This document shows positions 38,571-51,580 of a stretch of DNA of 64,000 nt, piece by piece. A program made the position numbers and the translations under genes. Position 1 is the stretch's first letter. Every line of letters starts with the position of its first letter. The notes beneath the pieces are model-generated. The model was not told where the DNA came from and did no database searches. It saw only the letters and a program-made list of their open reading frames with translations. Source of the DNA: Dicyema japonicum (lineage: Eukaryota; Animalia; Dicyemida); assembly GCA_011109175.1 (NCBI GenBank), contig RDEW01000011.1:621061-685060 (forward strand). Reading direction: 5' to 3'.

Positions 38571-39853
38571 TTAATCCTCCAAATCAATTCCCTTGTCCCC
38601 AACACATCCAATACAACTCAAATCAACATCAATTTCAAAATTATGGGCCTCAAACAGATTAACAACCCTCTCCTTCTTATCCTCAAATTCAACCTCATCA
38701 TGTTTATCATCCCCCTCTGTTATACTAGTTTTACCAGACTATAATAACATTACAATAGTAACCATAGTAACAATTGACGGCCTACACTGTCTTCTAGTGA
38801 ACGGATCCAATAAAATCGACTCTCTAGTCTCAGTAGTCGCCTCTGAACGGTCGAGAGCACGGTTCCTCTCATTTATCAACAGAATGGGATCATCCATCGA
38901 CACCCGACTGTGGTCAATCTCCCTCAGCTCCTCACTGAGGTCAGTCGCCTTTCTCTGATCCCCCTCATCCCTAGCTTCTTCCTACAAGATTATTATTACT
39001 TCTACTAGTTTCTTTAACAACATGCACTTTCTCTTAGCAGGGCACGTGTTAGATTCCATAAACTGATCCCTCTCACATATCATCATCTGACGATCCTTCT
39101 CGGTCAATTTGTAAGTCTCCAGAGATTTAATATCACGTGCCTTCCTCTCCAGTTCAATTTGGGAAGGAAGTGACCGCCCACCCATTAACATTGCCTGTCT
39201 CCACTCAAGGTACTCTTCCTCAGAACACTTCCCATTACTAACAAAGTCCAGTCTGATAGTCCGATTCTTCCCACCAATTCTAAGGTGACGACTCTAATAC
39301 AAACATTGCATTCAAAGCCTTGTTGGTCCTCGTCCTTCCAAGTTTATAGGGATCTGGCATATCTATAAACTCATAGATCTCTGCAATCTACTGATTAATG
39401 AGTTTTAATAACCTTATAATGAGCATTTCCGTCATCAGAAAAACCCGCGTTAATTCGAATTAAAGCACGCAAAACTGTTCGTCTGAAGTGGCTGTAGTAA
39501 ATATTCTGCTCAAACAATGTTCTGGAACATAAAACAGAGTTTATTAGGCTCAAATTGGGATAATTTTCTTCACTATCCACACTGTCGGGGGAGAATACTT
39601 CTTCCACTCTCAATGCTGGGGGATTTACAGAAGTGGGGATAGGATTAAACTGTTTGAGGCTGGTCTGTAGCTCATGTCTCATAGCAGTCATTGCTCGTTG
39701 TTCTGCGCGTACAAATAGTTCCTGTTCTCTATCTTTTTCTGAAAGTGTAGCCATCCATGCTCGATCTTCCTCATCCCCCAAAAGATCTCGATCCAATCCA
39801 TCAACAAATACTTCCGTAGGTTCCTCCTGCTTTCTTCTGTGATATCCTTTCAT
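38571..39853 (-). CDS. RTF1: RTF1 (Paf1 complex, Plus3 domain), 394 aa; introns 39388-39412 (25), 39280-39304 (25), 38982-39005 (24), 38739-38762 (24)
   Basis: DGLDRDLLGDEEDRAW..EKDREQELF; Plus3 YKLGRTRTNKAL..RLDFVSN; INERNR..DPFTRRQCRP; LFEAHNFEIDVDL. The spliced length is a multiple of 3. Confidence 0.92.
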
Positions 39854-40469
39854 TGTACAACACGATGGATTATTGATAAATAAAATAAATTAATTTTTAA
39901 AACTTTTTATTATAAATAAAAAAAACTAACATTAAATTAAATAGTTGTTTATTTTTTAGTGTGCAAGTTTGATTTAAATATATTTTCGAAGTACAGCCCG
40001 GACTAATGAATCAAAATAATCAATCAAATAAGAAAGATGATCTCTCAAGGACAACGGAAAATACTATTAGGCCTTTCGAAAAATCAGAGAAAAACTTCTA
40101 AACAACCTATAACTTTAGGAGATGGCCAAAGTAAACAGATCGCGCTCTAGCTAGAGGTGCCCGAATTGGTGCTGACCACTTCGAAAGGATTTTCAAATCA
40201 AACGACCATGGAAATATGGGGACACTCTCCACTAAACTGAATATAGCAAACTCCAAACTAAAAATAACAAAGTCCAGGACCAGACGGTCTTATGGTGAAT
40301 TCATATACCACGGTATAAATTTATTGATTTTTAATTTGTCTTCTAAAATTTAATTATTTTACATTCTCGAGGATCAAGTTTGACGAAATTACTTACATTA
40401 TATTTAACTCCCAAATAACGGTATCCATCAAAAACTAATTTGGTCCCAGATCGCTTGATGTTCAATTTT

Positions 40470-41520
40470 CAGACATGCACATAGCAATGGAGATAAACTA
40501 GAGAAGCCACTGGGTTTCACGGACGTCGTTACTTTCAAGTGTAGATAGACGTCCTAGTTTCTGAGAAAATATTGATTATCCACTTATGCCTCCAGTTCTC
40601 TCGACAACAATAACCTGGAAAGTGAACCGGTCGGAGCCTTTAGAACTTCTTCCCTTTGGCTTTCTCTGCCTTTTCTGTGGCGTATAAGTGCTCAGGAGCC
40701 TTACAAATTTATTTTCGCTGATAAACATGTAAAAGTATCTGCTTCGGCAGCCTGACTTCTTGATTCTGCGTATCTCTGGTCTCTGATGATTCTGTATAAA
40801 ATTGAAGAATCCATTAATTAGTGGCGGGCTTGTTAAAAGAAGTATTCTCAGACCAACGAGCGAACAGGTAAAGTTGCTCAGTCCCATTCTTAATCGTCAA
40901 ATTGACATTCGTGAGATGCTTGATCGTTGAAAGTATTGCATTCTCAGGAAACAAAATACCACACCAAAAAATATGTTTATACCACACCTGACAGGGGTGT
41001 ATGTGCGTCCAGCAACATGTGGATATTGTTTTTATTTGTTGTTGTTTTGTTTTGGGATTGACACAGATTTCTACTGCCTGTAAAGGAGGATCCAAGTATC
41101 TCTAGATTATGCGTGGGGTATCGTTGTAGGGTGTTGAACGCGTTTTTAATACCAAATTAGATAATCACACAGGGAATATTTCTGTGGTTTTTTGAAAATG
41201 TCCGCACAACGTGTACTGCCGCATCTCCACCTCCGGGAGTGCCGACTCCTATTTGGCCTAGTTGCAGTTGTATGACAGCTTTGAAGCAAGCCAGTGAAAA
41301 AACACACTCATCAATGTGACGTATTCTGTCCCGAACGAAGACTATCAAAACCTCCACTGATGTTTGGCGGAAAAAGAAAATACCATCTCTCATCCTTTTC
41401 AGAGAAGGTGTCGTCCATGTAAAGAGAATCCGCTGTCGTTCAATGATTGTTTTTTAAGATTTTTCAGATGCCTCCAGACAGGGTATTCCCGGCAGCAGGA
41501 ATTCTGCTTCAGGCAGCTTG
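40470..41520 (-). mobile_element. Degenerate, deleted CRE-clade copy
   Basis: QLQLGQIGVG..AAVHVVRTF..NIPCVI and SDRFTFQVIVVERTGGISG match the long copy. Confidence 0.75.
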
Positions 41521-41898
41521 CGGTGAATTGCACTTTTCACTCGTTGTGTGTCGTCGACAGTCGATGTTTGTAAATATGTTTATGGAGCCAACCATTAATT
41601 AAATTAAATTGATTTTAAGACTGCAATTATAAAAATACATATATTTCAATCAATAATCAATTATAATTGAAAAATTAATCTAAAGACATGAAAGAGAAAT
41701 TCACTATGAATTTCGAATCAAGACAACGAGAAACTGAAATAATAAATAATCTGTTTATTTTTAAATAATCAAGGAAATATATTTTAATTTTATTTAATTA
41801 AAATAACAATAATTAATATTTAAATATTAATTAATTTAAATTCAAAATTGATAGTTCCTTATCTCTGATAGTTCTTTATTTGACAAATTAGTTTTCAT

Positions 41899-42684
41899 AT
41901 GTCAAATTCTTCTGAAAGATCAGACTTATGCAACATATGTCACTCTCAGGTATTCAATAATATAACTCTTTAGCCCATAGATGGGCACATTTGCCCCAAC
42001 GTTCACATCTTCTGCAAAGAGTGCATTTTTCGCTGGCTTTCCTGTTCATCTACGTGTCCTGTCTGTCGTATAGACTTCACTTCCGAACTCCCACCAATTC
42101 CTCTCATTGGAGCCTCATCGGAGTCTTTATTTCTCCCTCAAAACAAAAAGCTTAATAGGCTTGTGAACATCGTCTCCCATTTCCTCCAGGTATAGTTTTC
42201 TTTCTACGGAAGGATCAAATTGGCGACCTTTTGTCAGAGCCTGTGGAACGGAATGACGTCGGGTGCAGTACATCTGACTTAGAAGAAAGTGAGGAGGGAA
42301 CTCTTATGGTGGACGACCTTATCGAGGAAAATGAGAGACTAAAGCAGAGGGTGGCCCATCTGGAGATTGAGAACGGAAACATGCGGTCTGAGCTCATTAA
42401 TCGATCTCCAATTAAGTTTGCTTTCTTTTCTGAACCTCAGGTATAGTCGAACGTACGTTAACTGTCTGGAGAAGGTCCTCGATGAGAAGGAGGCTGAGCT
42501 TGCCTCTCTCAGAAATAGGAGAATGGAAGTGAAGGACTTTTTCTTTGGAAACTCAGGGGCTCAAATAACTGTGTACTCAATGGATGAGAGAAACCGATTG
42601 GTGGAGACCTGTGAGCAATTGCCTGTTAGTCCATTTTCCTCTCCTGAGAGAAGGAGTGGGGGATTGAAAAGAAGGAGGATTTAA
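41899..42684 (+). CDS. OBI1: ORC ubiquitin ligase 1 / RNF219-like RING and coiled-coil protein (about 235 aa); introns 41950-41973 (24), 42190-42212 (23), probably 42441-42471 or -42474
   Basis: RING CNIC..CPNVHIFCKECIFRWL..TCPVCRIDFT..LIGASSE and ENGNMRSELINRSPIKF resemble remembered RNF219 segments CINNHVFC..CPACR..IIGGTSE and EVDNRSPQKF. The RING is absent from the ORF track. The last junction is uncertain. Confidence 0.75.
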
Positions 42685-43189
42685 GTTATGACTGTGATAT
42701 GTGATGAGTGTGCTATTTTAATTTATTAACTTGAAGTTGTTGAGTTGAGTGAACCTTTTTGGTGGTTATAGGGAGACTGTAGTTGTACCTCTGAGTATTA
42801 ACTTTATTTAACAACTCTATTCTGGTTGCTGTTTTTTTGTGTTACTGTAAAAAACCATTGTTACTGTAAAGAAGCCATGATTGATTGAGTTGAGGAACGC
42901 CTGCAACATTTGTTAGATTTGCTGAGGGGCTAAGGTTATGTTTTTAAGTTTTTTGAAGAAATCGTAGGACAAGAGTCTGAAGGATTCAGAGGTTTTTATA
43001 GCGTTAAAAACAAATGCTAATTGACGTACTTACGGAGATTCAATTTCTCGGTTTCAGAAGCTGAACGGGTATTGGCAACGCTCTGAGTGAGGTTGCTTAA
43101 AGCGAAGGTGACTGAGAAGGTGACGTCCTAGACTAGGGGCTTTGCAGCAGTACACGACGTTTTTCATCTCGTCCACTTATCCAAGCGAG

Positions 43190-44650
43190 TCCGTTTAACT
43201 CTTTGTGAGGTCCGTGCAAACAAGTGCATATAGAAATTTATTGCAATATAGGTTCAAGCATCTCGGCCCAATTAGAATAGAAGCGTTCCGGAACATCTTT
43301 AACTTTTCAACAAACCATAACCAATTTCCAGAAATTTGGAAACAGTCCAACATACGTTCAATTCTCAAGCCGGGAAGGCCAAAAAACGACTCCTCTTTGT
43401 ACAGACCCATTGCACTATTATGCTCATTCTCGAAGCTTTTAGAAAAACTTGTTCTACACATCATTACCCCGCCCTTCCCCTTACACATTTCCAACATGGT
43501 TTTAGAAGAGACATCAACACACCTCACCTCATTGAACGAGTTAATTATTGAAGGCTTTTTTACAAAATCACATCTAAAATCGGTTTTATGCTGTCTTGCT
43601 TGACCTACAAAAAATTTTCGATTCTGTATCAAGAAAAATCCTCACTCAAAAAATATTTAGACTATCCATCAGCTCGAACATAAAATTATGGCTTTCAAAT
43701 TTCTTCAGCGGAAGGAGAAAGCGTGTATGTTGGATGGGATTCGATCAGTCTCAAGATTACTTCCAAATGGAGTTCCAAAGGCTCCCCCTGTCTCCTGCTC
43801 TATTCAACTTATAACTTTCCGACATTCTTAACCCAGTTATAGAAGACTCGAAAATTCTCGCCTATGCTGATGACCTACTCATTATTTCACGTGATAAAGA
43901 CCTCACGAATTCTTCCAAAAAGTGCAAGAACTCTTGCTTCAAATTCAAAGTTGGCTACACCAAAACTGGATGAACATATCTCCCGAAAAATCCTCAACCA
44001 CTCTATTTACCTCGGATAAAAGGCTCGGAAGATGTACCGTGGATCTATTCCTGGACAACGAAAAAATCCCTTTTACGAAGAACCCTAAAATCCTGGGGGT
44101 CACTTTTGATACGCACATGTGTTTTTCTGCCCATACTGAGAAGACCATTGGAACTTGTCAGAGGAAAATTGGTTTAATCAAAACCATATTTGGTGGAATA
44201 AAAAAGCCATTCCCTGCTCTCGGAATTCTCTATAAACAATCCATTGAGGCAACAATCAGTTACGCCTGTGCAGCATTGGGAATTAATCTTTCGTGGACCA
44301 ACCGTCTTAAAGTTGATAACACCCTATGTCGAGCGGCGACTACCATAATGCTCATCGCAAAGCTGAACAACATTTCACCCAGTCTCTTCGACCACCTTAT
44401 TGAGCAAAACGGCAAGAGCTTTTTGACGTAACCCTCCGCAGGACCTGTCGTCGACAGTCCGTCCTGTATCAAGTTTCCAGAAGCACATCACCCCAGTTAG
44501 CTTTCTCACGAACACTGTCCCTCGCCCATACCGTAAATGTGTTGGGTCAAAAGTCCAGCATCGGGAGAAGCTGAGAAAGCTCTTCAGGATTGTCGATCAC
44601 CTAATTAATTTCAACGAGATTAACTATTGGTGTTTTTGGGTTAAATAAAA
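43190..44650 (+). mobile_element. Ingi-like LINE, RT and 3' end, frameshifted
   Basis: YRPIALLCSFSKLLEK, DLQKIFDSV, LSPALFN, AYADD, KILGVTFD; 3' motif GATCACCTAATTA at 44595. Confidence 0.85.
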
Positions 44651-45149
44651 ATATAGGTACATCACTACATCAATCTTCCGCACGTGAGTGCTGATGGTTA
44701 TTTGAGCGAATCATCCTGAGAGGGTAGAGCCACACAGTCAAGGCGGCCCAACTTCGAAACCTCTAAGATGTTCTTAAACCAAAGTAGATATATTAGCAAA
44801 AGCAAAATGTAAAAATTAAATCATCTAGTTGTTAGTTGTATATCCCCCACTTTGGGGACCCTGGTTTATCTGATACTTTCTAAGTTTCTTACCTCCTTAG
44901 TTAGAGAAAGTGGGACAAAGAAGGTGGATAAGTAATAGACCACTAAACATTTTCTAGGAATCATGTCAGCAAGAAGTCAAATCAATGGTGGTTGAGGGAC
45001 ATACACAGATTATAGACCGTAGGAAAGTGAATCTCGAGGTGAATCGGGACCAGAAGTTTAGTCCGTTTTAAAAGAATTCCGGTATACCGAGAAGTCGGTT
45101 TAGAGGGTTTGACTGTATATACAATGTTGCAAATTGGCAATTATTTCGA

Positions 45150-47020
45150 TCAGTTACGGACCAACATTTGGTTCATGTACAGCTGGAAAACTTTACCTCC
45201 CTTGGTATAGTGGTTGCCTACGTCAACAAAGTCATCCTGGAAGCAAGAACAATGGCTGGTTCTAAAAGATATGTCGTTTACATGAGAGAGTACGGATGGA
45301 AGGCTCTGGTCAAGGAACGAAACCGTCTCAAAAAAGCAGGGATCCGTTCCTCCGAAACAAGGATCCGTCTAAAAGTGGTGAACGAGAAATAAAAGCCATA
45401 GAATTCAAAATACAGAAAGCTAAATGAAAGATGGTCCTTACGTCATTAAATCGTAACCGGTCAACATCCGAAGTCTGGAAGACTATTCGAAATATCTCGA
45501 AGGTGGATGAGAGGACACCCGGAAATGACGAATTCAGCCGAAAGGACATAAACGCCCTAATCAAATACTACGCGAAAATCTCCCACAAAAACCACATGTG
45601 GACTGTTTCACGGAAAAGGAGGTTATGGCATGCCTAAGCCAAACAAAAGTAACATATTCACATGTTCCAGACGGAATTCCCATAATTCTCTTGAAAAACC
45701 TAGGCAATGAGGGAATCGGTACCCTGACCAAAATCTACAACTGGTCGATTAATTATAACTCAATCCGAACGATATGGAAACTTGCAAACATTCGCCCAGT
45801 ATTGATGGCAGGAAAACCTATAGTAGACCCAGCTTCCTTCAGGCCTATTTCTTTCTTGTGCTCTATGTCAAAAATTCTGGAAAAGCTTATTTTCGCAAAA
45901 ATCACTGAAAGGACTCTCAATAAACCGTTCCAGCATGATTTCAAATAGGATTGATCCACAACGAGCTTCCACATTTTGACTAACTTTATTCTCTCTGGAT
46001 TTCTGTACAAACCAAGACACCAGAAAATTGTGTTATGCTCACTGGACGTCCACAAAGCTTTTGACTCTGTGCCGAAAAAGAATCTAACATGGAAAATTAC
46101 CAATCAGATATCCTGAAAACCTCAAACGCTGGCTGACTAACTTCTTTAGCGTAGGAGAGGTAGAGTGTGCATTGGAAACATTCATTCTGTCCCCATTTAT
46201 TCCAAATGAGTACCCCAGGGTCGCTATCACCATTCCTATTCAACCTGTTATACGGCTGACATTCCGACACCGAATGGAGAAGACGACCTGCTTCTGGCTT
46301 ATGCAGACGACATCGTCTTAGCCTCACGGGATCAGAACACCCAAACAGCGACGGAAAAAATACAACACAACATGGATCGACTACTCGAATGGTTTAATGA
46401 AAATCGGATGTCAATCAATACATAAAAATCTATGACAACTCTCTATACCTCGGACAAAAGCTTGTCGAACAGGACAATAGAAGTTGCTGCGGAGGGAAGA
46501 GCATTGCCGTTCGGCGAATGGCAAAAAATATTGGGTCTGACTTCCGATACGCACATGAACTTTTCGAGACACGTCACTAACGTGATGAACAAATGTGAGA
46601 AAAAAATCAACCTTCTAAAATGCCTAACAGGTCTATGAAAATTGGACATCACCTATACTTAAAACGCTCTACTCACAGTACATCGAACCATGCATTTCAT
46701 AGCGTGCACTTCATGGGGACCACTGGCCTCTTATACGAACATCCAGAAAATCTCCGCAACCCAGAAAAAGGCTTCAAACTAACTGAGAGATGGTGTACAG
46801 GGGAAACATTAAATCACCGACGTCCATGGAGACACTAATCGAAAAAGAACAAAAATGGACACCAATGCCAAAAAGGAAGTGCTCGTCCTCAACGAACTTG
46901 TGCAAGTTCAAGGGATCAACACCGAGCAAAGATGTGAGCCTTGATCCAATTCGTCGGGATCACTTAGTTAGTTTTTTTTTTAACAGTGGTCTTTGGAATT
47001 AATTTTAATTTAATAAAACC
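45150..47020 (+). mobile_element. Ingi-like LINE, RT and 3' end, frameshifted
   Basis: PDGIPIILLKNLG..FRPISFLCSMSKILEK, LDVHKAFD, AYADD; 3' motif GGATCACTTAGTTAG at 46957. Confidence 0.85.
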
Positions 47021-48319
47021 CTGCATCACAGGAGGAGAATAGTTATCTTCTAAATTAAGTGATCCCGGTGTCCATACGAGGTTCCTGCGGTTAATTTTGG
47101 AGTCCTTGATTAATCTCCACAAAGGAGATCTCGTATCTCTGGCAGGCTTCCAGATATAGCCTGATTTCCGGTCGAAGAGGATTTTCAGGAGACTCTTAAG
47201 AACTCACTTAAACACGTTCAATAACATTGGGCGTAAATAAATAATAATTCTAACAAATATTATTAAATTTGTCACTCAACTCACGTGGTGACTTGAATAA
47301 TCCAGGTATTTTCCCTTAAAAATCTTCACTTTATTTCGCCCAAACACTGAACTGTCAACGAACGGAAGTATGTTTGGTGTGAAAAGTCACTATTTCTGAT
47401 TTTTATTAAGAATTCTTCCTCTGCCTATTTTGGAGATAATTGTGGGGGTAGGTCAGACTCCTTAGTTTTTCAACTATTGCATTATTCAGCCTATCTACCA
47501 CACAGTGGCTAAACTACCCAAAACCATTATCTATTACAGACTTATTGGGTAGTTGATTAACCCGATTACAAAAGAATCCTTAAAACTAATCACAGCGATA
47601 ATGCCAATTTAACTGACAAAACATCAATTGAACTTCCAACAGTCACCAAGTACTCTTCTATTCAAACATTAACATTACAACAAATCAAGCTGTTAGAGAC
47701 AGTTTCCATTGACACTGACTGGAGATTTTAAGATGTCGTGAGAACCATCCCCGTTAGCGAGGTCTCTTTACTGTTAGGGATCTTGTAAATGACTGCAGAC
47801 ACAGAGACCACAAACGTGCTTATTTGCAGACGTGTCTATCCTGTGAGAACATTACAAGCCTTATCTAAGTTTCCTTGGTGATCCTCAAATGGGAGTTTAG
47901 TGAGTTGGAGAATAGGACACCAGAAGAGTAGAGAAATCAAGAAATGTTAGTAAAGTTAAGGTTAGAGAATCACTCCAGAATTAACTATAATGCTTATCGA
48001 AGTTCATCCTATCCCTTCAGTTTCACATCTTCTGTACTGAACGATCAATCTGCCCAGCTGGGAGATATCATCAATTTGTTCCTTAATAAATTTTCAAACT
48101 AAAAATCAGCCCAGAGTAACCGTCAACATCATTACTATTCTTCGCCAAAGTCGACATGTTATAAATCTCAGAAGTGATTTGACGTTAAGCATCATAAGCG
48201 ATCATCAAGGCTTCGTGAATATTCGAAGACTTGGATTGAATCTCCTATTTATCAGTAATCAAACTGACATCAATCTTTTTTAGTGAAACAGCTCCACCTC
48301 TTCTGATTTGGTAGTCCAT

Positions 48320-48700
48320 GAATCGTTTAGCGAAAATCTCCCACAAAAACCACATGAAGACTGACCCACCCAAACCGCCGCTAAGAAAACCGAAAAGGGA
48401 TCAATTAACTTATTTCACGGAAAAGGAGGTAATGGCATCCCTAAGCCAAACAAAAATAACACATTCTCATGGTCCAGACTGAATTCCCATAATCCTCCTG
48501 AAAAACTAGGCTATGAGAGAATCGGTACCCTGACCAAAATCACGTTGAGTCTTGAAATCACAGAATTTTGAATTGTTGGAAAAGATCGGACATTGATCCT
48601 GATGCGTTCCAGTAGAGTTCAGGAAGCAGAGGTCGAAACCAAAACTGGTCGCCAGAGAGCAAAATTGTCTCCCGGTGGAATGAAGTTCTCTCATTGTTTA
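48320..48700. mobile_element. Ingi-like RT fragment (+, about 48320-48540) abutting an endonuclease fragment (-, about 48600-48700)
   Basis: 48320-48540 is nearly the same sequence as 45570-45740; the endonuclease piece matches 2651-2780. Confidence 0.7.
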
Positions 48701-49640
48701 CTTTTCCTCCGACAATAGGAATCACCTGTCTCAGTGATTTCTACTGGTCTTCATTAAATTTCGCGTCAACATCATCCGGAGAGCACCTTTATAGCCGATC
48801 ATCCGTTCTCTTCCAATATAAAAATAACTCTCTCTTGGCTACCGATCTCTTTGTAAGTCCAGGTTGACCCCAAAAATCTCTATTTTTGTACAACCGGCAT
48901 TGACTTATACAAGTAAGTCGTTAGTCAATTGTCATTTCCCGATTCTCCTGAAACAGTTCGCAATCCACGAAGCTCCTAAAAGAGCGACTTTGTGTCCGCC
49001 CTTCTGGAAGCAGTTTTAAATGGACGTCAACGGTAGTTGGTGGGGGTAGCTACTTTGCCTAGCATCCCCCATACGAAACCATCCCAAATACCTTAAAAAC
49101 AGCCAAGATATGAAATAACTACATTCCCGTTCTGGAGAACCATCTACGATTCTCGTCCACGTAGGATAGAGCCTCCCGCATGTCGATCTGTGGTCACTTA
49201 GTTAGTTGGGAACTTTCTCTTTTCTTTTTAACCCGGTGATCCTGGGGTAATAATAATTGATATTTTTTTCACACTTAGGCCTCTCGTGGAAAATTCCTTT
49301 ATACCTAAAATCGATACTGTGGGCAGATAAACGCAAAGAGGGTGGTTTGATAAATATGTCATTAATATTCCGTTTAGACTTACCAAGTTTTTGATTTTAT
49401 GTTTACAGCTTTTATTGAATAAACTAACGGGAAGTATTAGGGGTAGATAGGAAGCTCTGGAGTCTATCTAAAGTCCACTGTACTAAACAGACCATAGAGC
49501 CTGAAACTGGAGTATAAGAGGCAGAGCCGGAGATACCTTATGTACAAAGCGTTCTCAGAGTTATTTTCGCAACCAGAATCGAACCTGCCTGAGGAGGCTG
49601 GCGAACAGGCAAGTAAGGAAAGTTGTTGATTATTCAAATA

Positions 49641-50344
49641 CACTGGACCCTCGCAAATTGCCCATTTTTGGTTCCATAGAATTTTGTTGCCAATTTTAAA
49701 AATAAAATCAATAATTTTGAAGAACAATTAACAAAGAATTAAAAAATGCCTTAAATGAACAAAAAAACGCACTATCCATTTTGTCTAAATGTCTTATTTT
49801 TTCAGTTTCTTGTTCACTATTTTAAGAATTTTCATTTTTATTAAATGCAAAAAATGCTGCCTTTGTTTCATTTCGAAAACCACCTAGAAAATTGATTTTT
49901 CGAAAAATATCTTTAGACCCTTCTACCTACTTCCATTCTACCAACTTCTCTCCAAGCTTTGAAAACTTTGGTTTATATGGTGCTAAAGCACAGTTGATAT
50001 TTTTTTAGAATCTTTCAAAATAATGTCTTTCTAGACTAAAAGATTATTATTTGTTTTTCTCGATATGTCTTACGATACAAGTGAAAGAATCTATTAGCTA
50101 ATTTTTGGCACGAAATAACATCACTTTCTTGTTTATAGATTTTCATTAAAAATAAGGCGAGTAAATCGTCCACGAAATGAATTGGAAGACAAGTGTCAAT
50201 TAAATTTTTATTTTTTCCAATTCATATTAAAAATTGTGACCAGTTTACAAATTGGCCTATTAATAAGGAGAATAGGATTTTTTCTTAGAGAAAATTTTCA
50301 AAATGTGGTCAATTAAACATTGGCCAATTCGCGAGGGTCGATTG
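49641..50344 (-). mobile_element. pogo/Tigger-like deletion derivative (704 bp) with TA TSD
   Basis: 24-bp TIRs CACTGGACCCTCGCAAATTGCCCA and the reverse complement CAATCGACCCTCGCGAATTGGCCA (20/24). TA on both sides. Internal KPKFSKLGEKLVEW resembles a CENP-B HTH. Confidence 0.75.
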
Positions 50345-51377
50345 TATTAACTTTTTTTTTATTGTTGATAAAGTTTAAGAATTACAATGAAATCAAATAA
50401 TCATTAATATTTTCTGTTTTAAAATATTGATTTTTGTGAGAATCTTTGACATTTTCAAATTGAATATTCTGTCCAAAAGACTGACGTTAGTCATTGTCCG
50501 GTAAGGGAGAGAGGTTAGGTCTGCTGGCTACAGTTGTAGGGTTGATAAAGTGATCCGGTGGGCAAGGAGTTGAGTTCTACAGCAACCCCTACCACCCAAC
50601 CATACGCTGAGATATCGACATTGTTTGCCACTAGTGCAACTAAATCTACTATCTCCCAATATCCTTGATAGCACGTGTCACAAATTATAGTATAAAGACC
50701 AATACTTCATTCACACAGAAATATAAATTAATGACAGTCAATTTTTCCGTGATCAATCGAATCCTGCATGTTTCCGTCAATAAAATGAACAATTTTCACA
50801 TTATTGGGGTCACTTATTGTGGGGACACGACTAGGTAGATTCCGTCCCCACAAAGTCCAACTGTCCTCACGTGGCGTCCAACGTAGAAATTGGATTTGTC
50901 TGAACTCTCGTATTTATAGAAATCCGTTGAAGTCGGGGAATGGAAGAAAATCTCCGTAAAAGTCTGCGGGGATACTCAAGACGAGCCTTATGGCAGGGTT
51001 GGTACACCAGAAAGCGTTTTGAGTCGCGGAGTTCCTGCTGTTTCCGTTTAAATGACTTAATATCAGTCACAATGACTAAAATGATGACGTAAAATTACTG
51101 TCAAGTTGGTAGAAGGGACGAAGACGATGATTACTTTGACGATTAACCCCACAATAACAAAAGTCCACAATGCTGGCGAACAGAGCGTCATTAGAACTTC
51201 CCATATCTGTCATTCATTTATTACTACAAATTTCCCAATTTGAACATAAAGCATTTACGACAGACGTAGCTTAAAATAGCCGTATAATGAAAACGTGCTG
51301 GTTACTACTCTATTTTTTACCCCAACCCTCAAGTGAAAGGAACCGGTGGCTAACAGAAAAGTAACTGTCAAAAGGAC

Positions 51378-51580
51378 CTGGTAGCGTGATGGTTAGTGCT
51401 GTCTCTCGCGTCGCATTAAGGATTTCTTCCATGCTTTTTGGTTTCTTCCATTTCTAGAGGCGTCGTTAAATCTCTCTTACTATGAAGACGTCCATGCCTG
51501 ACCGGTAACCAAATAGGATCCTTCTCTTTCCTACTCAGAAGGGTTCCCATTATGTCGGAAACTTGGGAAGGACGTGACGT
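51378..51580 (+). mobile_element. tRNA-derived SINE, family A copy
   Basis: A-box-like GGTAGCGTGATGGTTAG; body TAGAGGCGT..GAAGACGTCCATGCCTGACCGG..AAATAGGATCCTTCTC aligns with the 11645-11905 copy. Confidence 0.55.

Noticed and set aside
39288-39312. GC-AG intron in RTF1
   Set aside because: The GT-AG intron 39280-39304 gives a gap-free match to the Plus3 domain.
42231-42684. Geminin-like coiled-coil call from the ORF track
   Set aside because: Splicing to the upstream RING exons and the NRSPIKF motif fit OBI1/RNF219 much better.
50800-50890. HDV-like ribozyme
   Set aside because: A CTCACGT L3-like loop is present, but no upstream P1 partner, no GG for P1.1 and no J4/2 could be placed.
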